Positions 31,386 to 45,601 of a stretch of DNA of 64,000 nt are shown here, in pieces. Origin of the DNA: Azolla caroliniana (lineage: Eukaryota; Plantae; Polypodiophyta); assembly GCA_043228905.1 (NCBI GenBank), contig JBHGNT010000003.1:4092001-4156000 (forward strand). The letters are read 5' to 3'. The translations under genes and the position numbers were made by a program. Numbering within the stretch: position 1 is the first letter of the stretch; every line of letters starts with the position of its first letter. The notes under the pieces were generated by a model. That model ran no database searches and was not told where the DNA came from. It worked only from the letters and a program-made list of their open reading frames with translations.

Positions 31386-33510
31386 CCTTCACCTCAAACC
31401 ATCTCTTATATGCTTCAAGGACCTCTCCATAATACTCTACCCCAAGAAGATCAATTAAGTCATTTGACAAAGGATGGGGCATATGCCTAGTCCGTTTCCA
31501 ATCATAAGATTCTTGCTCGCCTCGCTTTAGGTTTCTTTTAAGTTGTTTCTTCAAATAAGTTATTTCTATGCACTGATCTTCTCTATCTTGTGCCTTTGAT
31601 GGATAGCATAAGCAATCGGGCCGGATGACACTCTCAATCAACTTAACCCCTTGCACACCAGTAGGTTGCGCACATATTTTGATCAAGGTGTTGATAATAT
31701 GTTTTTCAACAAAAGCTAAGATACGCAGGTTCGTATCTTTTTTAGTATCAATATTTTGATCACCTTGAACTAGCACATCTATGACATGGTTTGATTTTGC
31801 TTGGCAGAAGATGATGATGATCTCGCTCTTTGGAAGACATATGGTTATGAAATCTTTGCCGAGTGTGATGTCAGCATTAACATTCTTAGATTGGAAAGCA
31901 TTGCTAAATAATGCCTGAATTCGGGGAAATAACCCTGGCGTAAGAAAGGTGAGGTCTCTGTTCACACACTCTAACCTTCTGCCCATATACACAAAACTAT
32001 CATTGTCATCCATTCGAGTCCATTGGAGTTGTTCGCCACCCACATCTGGCAATATGGCTGGGATAAAAATGAGATCTGTTGTTCCTTTGGGGACTTTGCA
32101 ACATAGGTGCATGGCTTCCATTAAGTCTACTAGTAACGAGCCCTTCACATTAGATTTGGCAATGGATTCAAACTCCCGCTCTAGAAAATGTCGAGGTATG
32201 CATCCGTTCTCAAATTCAACGATACCCTTTGATGCTCCAAATCTTGGGAAACCAATGAGGCTTCCTAGTATCTGATTGCAAAACCAATTGGGATTGAGAA
32301 CGATGTGTTTGAATCCACTTACATAGACAATGTTGCCGGACTCATTCAAGGACATGGCGATTGCATTTAACTTAGCTTTGTCAACATTATTGGAGATTTT
32401 GCTGAAATCCTCCCATGTAATGATTTGTTCATTTCTGATCTTCGAATAATTCAAGAGATTTTTGCTTACCTGTGTGCAGATGTCATAGAGCTCAATACCT
32501 TGGAGCACATTTTTGGCAATATTAAAAATATGCTCTGCTACAGGTTTGACAGAATCCTTGTTTCTTGCATTGACATCAAATTGGGGGTCGACAATGTCAA
32601 TCACCCTTTCGAATTTTGATCGAAGTGAATTGATCGAATCTGAGAGGGAGCTTGAGACCGACTTCATCTGGTCTGCTCGTGTGAATACCAGGATTACTTT
32701 GAGAGGAATGGTGGATTGAGGGCTTTTGGAGGCAAGGAACCGAAGCCAGTACCTGAAGCTTGTTTTGAAGTCGGCGTCTTTTTTCTCTGCTCCTCTGTTG
32801 TTACTTTGGCTATCCATGGGGCTCCAAACGAACATGAACATGGATGGGAACTGATAAGTGCTCGTTCCTATGTCGGGGAACATGCAGTCGTGGAATGCGT
32901 GGAACTCTTGCTGGCCTGCCATGTCCCACAATGACACTCGGATTCCCACTTTTTTGATGGCTTGCACCTCGATTCCTTTTGTGCGTTCTCCAGTAAACAG
33001 GGCTCTCAGCCTATCCCTCTTTCTCCCATAGATAGAACGCATGGTAGATACAAGAGTAGTCTTTCCTGCGCCAAACAAAATGCAGTGCAACAAAGTATTA
33101 GTGTGTTTGTTTGTATTTTCAGTATTTGAGAGTGTGTGTGGTCATTCATGTCTTGCCTGCGAATGGATCTCCACAGACGAACAATCGGATGGACGTCGCA
33201 GGCACTCGCTTCAACTCTGATCCCAACATGAAATTGCGCTGGTTCCTCCACAGCTGCGCTTGGATTGCAGGGTCCATAATTCCAACCATATGAAGGAATG
33301 GAAGGCCGGAGCGAGAAAGTGCATCCACCACCATAGCAGTAGCAGATCGGTTTAAATCACCTCTAATTTTACCTAATCGAAGGCTGTATAACTGAGGAGG
33401 TGTTGAAGGTATGCTGCCAGCTGTCTCCGGCCCCTTCTTTGGCGGTGCAAGGTGATCCATGAAAGCCATTAGCTCCTCCTCTGTCATATCACCGTCATAG
33501 CTGTATAGAG
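31375..33510 (-). pseudogene. TORNADO1-like (LRR)-ROC-COR protein gene, copy 1, 3'-truncated by the adjacent retroelement
   Basis: The P-loop CGDPFAG|KTTL is split by a 33156-33066 intron. WDMAGQQEFHAFH, VFTRAD and the COR motifs LNPNWFC and LTPGLFPRIQ are present. Homology to copy 2 stops abruptly at WFEVK (~31388). Confidence 0.85.
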
Positions 33511-33849
33511 ATGCCTCTCATGTGACATGAAATGAAGACAATTGCTCCCAATAACAGGCTAAAACTAAACGTAACCAAACCTGATTGTTTAAACCCTATA
33601 AATACCTTGGGGAAAGGATATGCGACTCTATACTTCTTTTCAATTTCTCCTCAAATTAAATTCTTGACTTAATGGAGCTTTTTATTGATGGCAAACTTAT
33701 GTTGGTTATGAAAATTTCAAAGATGCCATTATCTATTGACATGATAATAATTAAAGTTTATCCCCAATATATGGCCCAAGGAGGGTCCCGACTCCCCGTG
33801 TCAAAGTTGAAGTAATGTTACGAAAGAAGTCAAATTGATTCGAAGAAAT

Positions 33850-35350
33850 TATCGAGGGCGGTTTATCATGCATGCATGAAGAACTGTTTGATAAATCGGG
33901 TCATCCGCAAGAGGCGGCATAATCAGCTGTGGAGGGGTCCCCATCTCGAACTTGAAGTAACCTTTAAGAAAGAAATCAAATTGATTCGAAGAAATTATAG
34001 AGGGTTGTTTGATGAATCGGGTCATCCCCAAGAAGCGGCATAATCAGTTATGGACTACTCTAGCTGTTAAGGTCCAAGCAGTAAGGCATCGGTTTTTGAT
34101 ACCCACACGCAAAGGTTCAAATCCTTTGACTCTAGGATCCTAAGACGGCATTCAAACCATTGTTGATAAAAACTCCACAAAGCAGCAATAAATCCTCTTA
34201 TTATGGTGCCCTGCCCTCCTCGATAAGGGCTCATAAGGTCAATATGTGGTCCAAAGTTGTGAACCCTTCCCGGAAGCTTGCTTGTCCGGTTGAACGGCAA
34301 CCATTCTCCTTTGCCCATATACTCAATTTCAATTCTAGAATCGAGCCATATAGTTTAACCAAGTAGTGGCCAATCGTGATTGTCCTATAGTTGCTTGGCA
34401 TAATGGGGTCTCCACTCTTGACGATTGGCACAATGGTATGTTCTCTCCATCTAGTAGGGAAACCTTCACACATGGCTATATTAAAGATGTGTGCTAGCAA
34501 TGGGAGCAAGGTGTCACAAGCATAGATGAAGTGATCACCAACCAATCCATTATGTCTTTCCCAAATTGTAACCAATCAATGGCATTTCTTACATTTTGCG
34601 GAGTAAAACAGGTGGACTCAGGTGGGCGTGAACCATGTGGTTCGGGAAGAGGAGGTTGCATCGGGATGTCATATAGGACCTTTGCATATTCGGCAAGAGA
34701 AGGTTTCCTCCCATTAAACATTTTCCGCACTCTTCTAGTTTCCTTTCCTAGAAACATGTTCAGATACAAATGATCTTCACATTTAGCTAAATACAATCTC
34801 TTCTTCTTCCTTATGAGGTGTTCAATGGCTGGTCTCGCTTGTTTGTGTGTATAAGTGCCCCGCGTTACTTCACATTGCAAGAATCTCCGTGTATCGCAAC
34901 ATTCCTCATCATACCGACTATTTTGTATTACTTTAGTTCCAAGTTTGGGGGGATTGGCCATTGTGTGAGGAAAGGTTGCTTTATGCAATGATTTTGACAA
35001 TCCGCGGGTAAGCTCATCGAGTGCGAATGGATCCAAATCTAGCATGCCATTGTATACTCCATAACCATACACATCAATTGTCTCACGAGTAAATTGATAC
35101 AAGTTAACCAACCCACTCTCCTTAGCATATACATCCCTTGTCCTTCCATCCTTTATCTTGAAGTGTAGATATGCATGATCTATTGCCAAGTCCATAGATC
35201 TACCAAATATAGTGAACTCTTTTATTTCAAGGATCATGAGAGATGGGAGATGGAGATCCCATTAGAAAATCGACTATGCTTGCACCTCCTTTAGGGTTCC
35301 AACATGTTAAAGCATCTGATCCAGGCCATTCTAACAATCCATTATATAGA
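33850..35350 (-). mobile_element. Degenerate non-LTR retrotransposon (LINE) ORF2 fragment: end of the endonuclease and start of RT
   Basis: LTCWNPKGGASIVDFLMG and DHAYL (endonuclease); W...IVPIVKSGD...PSNYRTI and QASFREGFTTLDHILTL (RT). Confidence 0.85.
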
Positions 35351-38300
35351 CATGTATTGCAAGTGTAAAGACACTGACAATGCAAGGAGATGATGAAGGA
35401 ACGTGAGATGCATGGTGAGATTGAAAGAACGATACTACTAAATGAAACATTTTTCTTGGATATGCTGAACATGAATAAAGTTGGCTAAAAGATTACTTAT
35501 CTTTACCTAGAAAGATTGACTACATTCATTCGACATGGCTATACAATATTCGTTGTAATATTGGATTATCTTGTATATTGTCCACTTTCATTTTAATACC
35601 AATGCAGGATAGTTTTTTATGGAAAATGGTAATGAGGTAGAGGTAGAGGTATGAGGCACACACTCCTAGTTCTTTATTTGGAAGTAGAAAAACAACTCAT
35701 TTTGTAGGAGAAATGTCAACTTGGTGTTTGAGGGATATACCCATGTTGCTATACATATACATAATTGTACTTACATGATGGTGTAGCTAGTAGCTTCTGT
35801 TTACATAATGTAGTAAAGATTTGACCAATGGATTATTGACATGTTAGGGATGTGATATATCACATATGAGATGTAAGAATTTGAGCAATGCAACCCATGC
35901 AAGAAAATGTAGGAATATGATGAGATGTAAGAATTAGCTTTTAATAGTTTAAATTTTAGGAATAAATCCAATGTATTTATAAGTCTTTAAGATGCATGGG
36001 CGTAACATCCTCAACCAAACCTATCCTTGTATGAATTTCCCTCTTAATCACAATCTCAATTTTGACATTATATATTAAAGCTCTTGAACATTAAGAGATA
36101 CTTCTCACTTTCATATGTATTACATGATGTCAATTTTCTTTTTGGGTGTCCTAGTTCAATTTAACCTCCAAAAGCAATAATAAAATACATCATTCTCTCA
36201 TTCACTTATAAATAGATTCGTGTTGAGAGCTTCAATTCAAGGTTTCACTAATGTTCTAGTATGTGATTGTGATTCCTAACTATTTGAAGCATTTTCTTCT
36301 CATTTTATGTGCTTTTGTACATCGTTTAGCTCATTAAGTGGTAGATTAAGCCACATTATGGCTGAAACTAGCTTCTTTGTCAAGATAGTTAAGGCGGGTC
36401 TAATACCCTGTTTTTGGTAACTCGAGAGTACTTGTCAACCATTCTTGCAAGTTTTACCTTGATAAGGGTACAATTTTGTTTGAGAGGAAGTTGTGCAATA
36501 GATGCAAACATACCTAGAAGAGACACATTTAATAAGACAAAGTCATTGTACACTTGATTTAGATACACAAATAACCTTGATTAATGTCGGTTATAAAACA
36601 AGACAATTATTCTTAGTTGCAAAAGCCCATCTACGTTCATAGGAGGAATATTCAAAAGTTTACAAGAAATATTGAAAGTAGGCCACTGTCACGGATGAAT
36701 AATTGGAAGACAAAGAGATGGGTAAGTTGATGAGATAGAGAGATGGATAAGTTGATGACGATGAGTACGAATATCTATTCCATGACTGGTGTTGATCTCC
36801 TTGATGTTAACAAGAGAGATCAACCCTTTTTATACATATAGTGATGCATGATAAGCATGCTCATGCCAAGTCATACATACTATAATATTAAGCATATTGA
36901 TTCTTGCATGCCAAGTCTTACATATTGAGTCTTACATACTAAGTCTTACAGACCACTCTTTATACAAAGGTTTAAAATCTAGAGTCTTTCTAAGAGAAAT
37001 ATATATATACAAAGACCTAAGGCTTGAATTCGACTCGATGTTCATGACATTATCCTCCCCTTAAGCGCCGACTTCAAGAAGGTGCAGGTTTGTGAGGATA
37101 TCGGAGATGAAAATCATGAACCACATCTGGGGAATTGAGTAAATTTTTGCAGACTCCCATGTGGCCTCAAAAATGGAATATCCTTTCCACAAGACCAGAT
37201 ATTGGAGATTTCGTCGGCTCTTGTGTGAGTCTAGAATGGTCTCGACTTAATAATCATCCCCGGTTGCCAATGCTACAGGGGGTGGCGGCTCCATGCTTCT
37301 TCCTAGAATTGAGGATGGATGGTAGAGCTCAAGAAGAGATGCATGGAAGACATTGTGAATTCGGTAGTGTGATGGAAGAGCAAGACGGAAAGCTACGGGG
37401 TTGACTCTGTCAACAATTTCGAACGGACCCAATTTTTTGTAATCAAGTTTGTTGCATGGATGAGTAGTCGGAATATGCCGTCATAATATGACTCTTTCAT
37501 CAGACGAGCTCGTTCTTCAGCAGATGGATTCACGAGCTATGTTAAAGCGTGGATGGAACCCATAGTTTGCGAAGAAGGGTGTTACGCTAGTTGATGTGTG
37601 GAGAGTATTGTTGTAGGAGAACTCGGCCATTGGAAGAAATTTGATCCAATCATCTTCTTGATAACTTATCATACATCAGAGATATTGCTCTAGAATCTAA
37701 TTCACTCATTTTGTTTGTCCATCTGTCTCAGGATGGAAGGCTGTCGAAAATTTTGTAGAAGATCCAAGTGTCTGGAAGAGGCGTTTCCAAAAATGAGACA
37801 TAAATTGGGGGCCGTGATCAGAGATAATGTCATCTGGTAAACCGTGAAGGCGCACAATATTTGTTAATAATAGATTTGTTGTTTCCATCCCTGAAATTGC
37901 CTTAGAACGTGGAATAAAGTGTGCCATCTTTGTGAATCTGTCAACCACCACCAATACTGAATTGAATCCATCAATGTCTGGAAGGTCTGTGATAAAGTCC
38001 GTTGAGATGGAGGCCAATGGCCTATTTGGATTTGGCAAAGGTTGAAGTAGACGGTAGGGATGATGATGTATTGCTTTGGCACGGGCACATGTATCACATG
38101 TTTTCACGAATTCTTTAACAAGTTTCCAAGGTTGTGGCCACCAATAACTTATTAACTCCAAAGTTTTTGCAATGCCAAAATGTCTAGCTAGGGCATCATC
38201 ATGGCATTCCTTCACGATACGGATACGACAAGGACCATCTGGGACATACATTAAGTTGTACCGAAAAAGAAAACCATCCTGAAACATAAATTGGTTATGA

Positions 38301-39028
38301 ATATTTGGATGAGTTGTTGAGATTCTCCCTAATCTCTTATGCAAATTTGTCGGTGGCAATATTTGTGGCTATGGCATTGAGTAATGATTCATCCACGGCC
38401 ATATACGTTGCACAAAGTTGAAATTGATGTGGCTGTAGGAGACAATGTGATTGTTGATTGTAGGTTGCATCCCCTGGCCGAATTTCGAATTCCGAACGTT
38501 GAGATAGCGCATCGGCTTTACCATGTTGGACACCAGGACGAAAAACAATTTCAAAGTCATAATTGGCCAGGAAGGTCGACCATCACGCTTGCCTTCGAAA
38601 TACCCTTCCCTGGTTCGAAATGTCGTTTTCCACTCATCTCTAGGCTTGATACGTACCAAGTTGTCGGCACCTCTCAGATCAATATTGGAGAATATACGCC
38701 CAACGAAGTCGTTCGAGGAGCTCGGGGATTAGAGGTAGTGGATAGCGATTTCGAACAATTACTCGATTGAGCCCGCGATAGTCGATACATAAGCGTAGAG
38801 TTCCATCTTTCTTTTTGACAAATAGAATAGGAGAGCCAGCTAGAGATTTTGAGCGGCGAATGAATCCCTTTGCGAGATTCTGAGGGCCTTGAGTTATGGT
38901 TCAGATAACCCATAGATAGGGCCTAAAGGAGGATAAGCACCATCTTTCAAGTCAATTGGACAATCGTATGGGCGATGTTCAGGCAAGTGGTCAACATTTT
39001 TCTTCTCAAATATATTAGAGAAATCATT

Positions 39029-39445
39029 CTATTTCGATGGAAAAGAGCTACTACATAGGGTAGTGTCTGGAGTGGACATGACCGCCATGTCCTTAGAATT
39101 AGAAATGGATGCAATTAACACCGTATCAATTACCCGAACAAGAGTGGAATCTGTTTCCGAGGCTGGCACGGTTGGAACTATCGATGTTGTTTCTATTGGA
39201 GCAATCGTTGACATGATTCTTGTTGAAGAGGAAATGGGAGTGATCACTAATGTGAATGTGGTCCTCTCCGAAGCAGAAATGGGAGTTGCCCTTGAATCAT
39301 GAGTGGGAGCAACCGTTGACACGGTCCTCACCGGAGCGGAGACTGGAATCGGAGCAATCATTGATGTGGTCCTCACTGGAGCAAAAACGGGAGTTGTTCC
39401 CGAAACATGAATGGGAGCAACCGTTGACACGGTCCTCACCGAAGT
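39029..39445 (-). repeat. Thr/Ser/Pro/Val-rich repeated coding insert between gypsy PR and RT
   Basis: Repeated peptides (V/M)RTVSTVAP(I/T)H(V/D)S and RTTS..AP; the DNA GGGAGCAACCGTTGACACGGTCCTCACCG is duplicated at ~39305 and ~39413. Confidence 0.7.
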
Positions 39446-39520
39446 AGGCGGCCAAAAAAATGGCAGAGCATTAGCTCGAAGAAAAGTGGAAGTAATCCCT
39501 TGTGGGCGAGAATTCGAGGT

Positions 39521-39975
39521 GAAGTTGATGGAGCGAGATCGTCAATCCACGATTGGATTGTGAGTCTCGAGCCATGATAACCCCAAGATGATAGGATTCA
39601 ACGTGATGTGATGAGGTTAAAAATGATTTCTTCCTGGTGGGCTCCTATGTGGAGACTCAACGGAATTGTTGGAAGTTGATGGAGCGAGATCGCCAATCCA
39701 CGATTGGATTGTGAGTCTTGAGCCATGATAACCCCAAGATGATAGGATGTCGACGTGATGTGATGAGGTTAAAAATGATTTCTTCCTGGTGGGCTCCTAT
39801 GTGGAGACTCAACAGAATTGTTGGAAGTTGATGGAGCGAGATCGCCAATACACGATTGGATTGTGAGTCTCGAGCCATGTTAACCCCAAGATGATAGGAT
39901 GTCGACGTGATGTGATGAGGTTAAAAATGATTTCTTCCTGGTGGGTTCCTATGTGGAGACTCAACGGAATTGTTG
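39521..39975. repeat. Triple ~152-bp tandem duplication of the protease C-terminal half
   Basis: GAAGTTGATGGAGCGAGATCG at 39521, 39672 and 39824. The units encode variants of LHIG(A/T)HQEEIIFNLITSRRHPIILGL(S/T)WL..HNP. Confidence 0.9.
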
Positions 39976-40065
39976 TATCTGTGATTGTACCAGAAGAGAG
40001 CGTTCGACCGTCGATCACTTCAACTGGAATCGGGACAGTTATTTTGTTGCTTGGAATGTTGTGTG

Positions 40066-43000
40066 TGTCGAATACAAGTGTATAATGGACGTATTCACAC
40101 TATCCCTTTGTATAGATCAAGTTTGGGCCATTTGTGTAATTAGCATAAATGGTAGATGCCCTAAGTCTGTCACTATATATAGTGACCTTGTAACCTTTTT
40201 GTAAGGTTGGGTTGTATTATTGCTTTATGGAATAAAAACAGTCGTTTTGTGCCTCCTCTCTCTCTCTCTCTCTCTATCTCTGTGCAACGACCTTGAAACT
40301 GTCATACGCAAGCATTCAACCCTAATCGAATGCTATCTGATCTTCCGCATCGACACGGCCTTGTCTCCAACATCTGGTATCAGAGCTTGCACAGTATTCG
40401 GTTCCTCAACCCGCTGTCGGCCGTCGTCTCAGCCTGCACAGCATTCGGTTTCCTGCGTCATTCGAAGAAGAGAGAAGAAGAAGAAAAACGAGGCTTGCAT
40501 CTCATCGCGTTAGATCATCTTCGCTTGGAGTAAGCCAGCAGGTTGTACTCTGTTCCTTGTGATCGTAACCGCTCGAGGTGAAATCCCCTTGTGCAGCATT
40601 GACACGATCGTGCTCCACTCGGTTAAACGGCATCCGAAGAGGTCATCAAACGCTGCTCGCCGCTCATTGTAACCACTCGGTGCAGATCGGTCTCAAGACA
40701 ACAACCCAAATTCGTGCTTCATCTGGCTGATCGACATTCGGGAGGATCAGTTGGATCCGTCTCTCTCGTCGCTGCAGTCACCCGAAGCAGAATCGGTCCA
40801 AACAATCGGTTTCAATAATCGGTATTTGGCATATATATTCAGAAGCGAACCGGGCTCACTCCGACTCGGCAACATTCGGGAAGACCAGTCGGTTCTGTCC
40901 CTCAAGTTACCGGAGTCAATTCGAGCAAGTTCAACAATACATATATCCGAAGCCGAACCGACTCGGGTTCAAATCCGACCAGAACGATATCGGGTGAGCC
41001 AACCGGCTGCACTCCAACAAGGTTTGTAGTCAACTCCGAACCGAGCTTCGTCAACCGAAACCAAATTTGATCGCATCAACATCCGGCTCGTCAGAAATGA
41101 GTCTACGAAAGTTCGATGGATCGAACTTCAACTTCTGGAAGGAGCAAATGCAGGACTATCTCATAGTCAAGGGGCAAATCGATCCCATCGAAAATGAAGA
41201 ACCTCCAGAAGGATACAAACCAATTGAGTGGCAGAAGCTGGACAGAATCGTCCGCGCCACGATTCGGATGCACCTATCGGAATCGGTATACTTTACGGTG
41301 CAATCGTGTACGACAGCATTCGAACTGTGGAAAACACTGTCGGACACCTACGAAAAGAAGGTCGCTGCAACGAAGATGTTTCTGATTCGGCGCCTCTACA
41401 ACTTGCGGATGAAAGAATCCGATTCGGTTCAAGCACATCTAAATGAGTACGAAAGCATAACCTCCCAAATCTCATCTCAGGGGACGGCAATCGAGGATGA
41501 ACTCAGAGCAATGATACTCATGAGCAGCCTTCCCTCATCATGGGAAACTTTCGTCACAACCGTGTGCAACGCGTCAACCACGGCTGTTAAATACTCCGAA
41601 GTCACGAGCGCAATCCTGACCGAAGCAGCTCGGAGAAAGTCTTTCGCCAAAGACTCAACAGACGACGCTTACGTAGTACAAGGTTCGACAGACCGATCGA
41701 ACATACGAGGAAGAGATTCCTCACGGCCGCCGAACAATCAGCGAAGACGGAGCCAGTCACGGGATAATCGAATCTGCAACTATTGCAAGAAACCCGGACA
41801 CATCAAAGCCGACTGCCGCGCACTCAAGAACAAGAACGACAAGTCTCAGAGATCAGACAAGAAGAGTGGCCGGCATGAGGAGATCAATTACGTCAACTTC
41901 TCAGCTGATGTGCTACCAGACGACCCGAATATACTATCAATCGAAAATCCAGTCGGATCAGAAGTTCTACTCACGACTGAAGAATCGAGCACATGGCTCT
42001 TAGATTCGGGCGCGTCATTTCACGTGACTCCTCATCGATCCCAATTTCGGCAATATATGATCCGTCACTCCGACTCAGTTCGAGTCGGCAACTCGCAACA
42101 CTGTGACATCATTGGAATCGGCACAGTAGAGCTCAACCTTGCAGGTGGCTCTACACTTGTACTTCACAATGTCCGACATGTACCCGAGCTCTCAAGGCCA
42201 TTGATCTCAGTCGGACAACTAGATGAAGACGGCATTCGTGCCGGTTTTTCTTCGGGAGGGTGGACACTCCACAGGGGGAACCTCCTGCTTGCTAGAGGAC
42301 CCAAGATACACTCACTGTATCCGTTACATGTTACGCTCAGAGAGGGTAACCTGTTTTTGGTGGATATTCCTGTGTCATCACTATGGCACAGAAGATTAGG
42401 ACACCTCAGCAAGGCCGGCATTACGCATCTATCTAGAGCCGGATACATCCCTAAACTCTCCTTCTCGGACCATCAATTCTGCGAACACTGCCAGTATGGC
42501 AAACAAGCAGCCGCATCACACCCGACATCAGCACCACGAGAAACGAGACCTCTCGATTTAGTCCACTCGGACGTCTGTGGCCCAATGCCGCATCAGTCTC
42601 TCGGCGGTGCCTCTTACTTCGTCAGTTTTATTGACGATTCGACTCGAAAGGTGTGGGCTTATCCAATTCGCACCAAAGATCGTGTCTTCTCGATCTTCTC
42701 CAATTGGCTCGCTATGGTAGAAAATCAAACCGACCGAAAACTGAAATGCTTTCGGACTGACAATGGGGGAGAGTTCAAATCCGAAGAATTCGTCAAATTC
42801 TGCCGACAACGCGGCATCCGACGTGAATTTACGGCACCACACAGTCCGGAGCAAAACGGGATTGCAGAACGAATGAATCGGACAATCCAAGAACGGATAG
42901 TTTCCATGCTCCAACACTCTGGACTGTCGGATGGCTTCTGGGCAGAGGCTCTACTCACGGCAGTACACATAATCAATATGTCGCCAAGTAGACCTCTAGG

Positions 43001-45601
43001 ACTTCAAATTCCTCAGGAACTATGGATCGGCAGTAAGCCGAATTACGACAAGCTGAGGATCTTCGGATGCGAGGCATACGCCCTTATTCCGAAAGATGAT
43101 CGCCAAAAACTTGCACCTCGGTCCAGGAAATGCATTTTCCTTGGATATGGATCCGACGGCGAAATGGGATACCGACTCTGGGACCCCGAACGCAGACAAA
43201 TCGTTCGAAGTTCGGACGTTGTGTTCAACGAGTCGGCTATGAATCCATCAGTCAAAACACCGATCGAAGTCCGAAGGGTAACATTTTCCGATGTGCCGAC
43301 CCTTCAAGAAGGCCCCGCTCTTAACACACGGTCAGCTTCACGGGTAGCTGAACCTTACACTACCGACTCGGACAACTCCGACTCAGCACAGCAGAATAAT
43401 TCGCTTTCGGACCATCCGACCTCGATACCCGATGCGACCAGTCCAATCATACCTCGACGATCCGAGAGACTGTCGCAACCTCCGGAGAGGTATTCTCCTA
43501 GAATTTTCTTCACCGACGCCGGCGAACCGACGTCTTACGAAGAAGCATCGACATTTGTCGATTCAGCCACCTGGCATCTGGCGATGGAGTCGGAAATGCA
43601 CTCCATTCGGGCAAACAAGACTTGGGATCTGGTCGAATTACCTAGGAACCGGCGTGCTCTTCCTTGCAAGTGGGTTTATCGACTAAAAGAGACGTCTGAT
43701 TCGACCACCCCAAAGTACAAGGCCAGATTAGTTGCGAAGGGCTTTCGACAAGAATATGGCGTCGACTTCGACGAGATTTTTTCACCAGTGGTGAAAATGA
43801 CAACCCTTCGTTTTCTACTCGGCGTAGTGGCAGCCGACAACTTGGAGCTGATTCAGCTAGATGTCAAAACCGCATTCCTCCATGGTGATCTTGAAGAGGA
43901 AATTTATATGGAGCAGCCAAAAGGCTTCGTGGCAACTGGCCAAGAACATCTAGTCTGCTGACTCAGGAAGAGTCTATACGGCCTCAAACAGGCACCGCGA
44001 CAATGGTACAAGAAGTTCGACGACTTCATCCAATCGATCGGCTTCTCAAAAAGCGATGAGGACCATTGTCTTTTTACCAACACAACTCAAGATGGATCAC
44101 CCATCTTCCTCATCATTTACGTGGACGACATGCTAATTTCTGGACGCCACGCGGGCGAACTTGCCGATCTCATTCGGCAACTGCGGTTGAAGTTTGCCAT
44201 GAAGGACCTCGGTCCGGCACGACACATCCTTGGCATGAAGATTAGTCGGCATCGCGATAAACGACATCTTTTTTTGTCTCAGACCGACTACATTGGACGT
44301 GTCTTGGAACGCTTCAACATGCAATCAGCCAAATCTGCTTCAACCCCACTCCCCATGAATCTTCGGCTCTCTCAGCGAGACTGCCCGATATCCGGTCCGG
44401 AGGGGGAAGATATGAAGTCGGTACCGTATGCACCGGCAGTCGGCTCCCTTATGTACCTAATGGTCGCGACACGGCCTAATATCTCTCATGCCGTAGGAGT
44501 CGTTAGCAGATTTATGCACAATCCTGGCCGATCGCATTGGAACGCAGTCAAGCATGTGTTCAAATATCTGACTGGCACAAAAGACCACGGCATTCTTTTC
44601 GGTCCGAACTCAACCACAGGCGTAGTCGATTACACCGACTCGGACTTCGCCGGCTGTATAGACAGTCGGAAATCAACAACTGGATACTGCTTCAAATTCG
44701 GCAATGGAGCAATTTCGTGGAAGTCGAAACTTCAGGAGTGCACAGCGACCTCAACGACCGAAGCAGAATATGTAGCTGCGTCCGACGCTGCAAAAGAAGC
44801 TTTGTGGCTCGGCCGGCTGGCGCACACGTTTCGACAAGTCGACCATGACTCGGCCCCAGTTGTCTATAGCGACAGTCAAGGTGCTGTTGCCTTGTCGAAA
44901 AATCCGGTTCACCACAACGCCTCCAAACATATCGACGTTCGATATCACTTCGTTCGGGACTGCGTCATTTCAGGGAAAATCGGTCTAGAGAAAATATCCA
45001 CAACCGACAATGTCGCAGATGGAATGACCAAGTGTCTTTCGGCAGACCGCTTTCGGTCCCTTCGACATCAGATGGGCGTAACGACAAACCAGTCCGGTTA
45101 GAGCCGGACACAGCGCAGGATGGTTTCCGACAACCGACATCAGTTCCTTAATGATCGGCTTCAACTCTTCCGACCCGACCAGTTCGGTCTTCTGCCTTCG
45201 GACCCTGCCGACTCGAACAAAACTGATATGTCCGAGAACCTAGGTTTATACCTATAATCTTAGATAACCCATGTATACGCCCATTACGGGGGAGTGTCGA
45301 ATACAAGTGTATAATGGACGTATTCACACTATCCCTTTGTATAGATCAAGTTTGGGCCATTTGTGTAATTAGCATAAATGGTAGATGCCCTAAGTCTGTC
45401 ACTATATATAGTGACCTTGTAACCTTTTTGTAAGGTTGGGTTGTATTATTGCTTTATGGAATAAAAACAGTCGTTTTGTGCCTCCTCTCTCTCTCTCTCT
45501 CTCTATCTCTGTGCAACGACCTTGAAACTGTCATACGCAAGCATTCAACCCTAATCGAATGCTATCTGATCTTCCGCATCGACACGGCCTTGTCTCCAAC
45601 A
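40066..45601 (+). mobile_element. Young Ty1/copia LTR retrotransposon (second family)
   Basis: 307-bp LTRs at 40066-40372 and 45295-45601 that appear identical by eye. PBS TGGTATCAGAGC at 40375-40386, PPT ACGGGGGAG, and TSD GTGTG (40061-40065 and 45602-45606). Confidence 0.96.
41097..45101 (+). pseudogene. Copia Gag-Pol with a single in-frame TGA (43959-43961) in RT
   Basis: CNYCKKPGHIKADC, WLLDSGAS, EQNGIAERMNR, HLVC*LRKSLYGLKQAPR, YVDDML and YTDSDFAG. The frame continues across the stop. Confidence 0.92.

Noticed and set aside
40220-40513. Duplicated ORF MLYGIKTVVLC (also 45449-45793)
   Set aside because: These are chance frames within the two copia LTRs.
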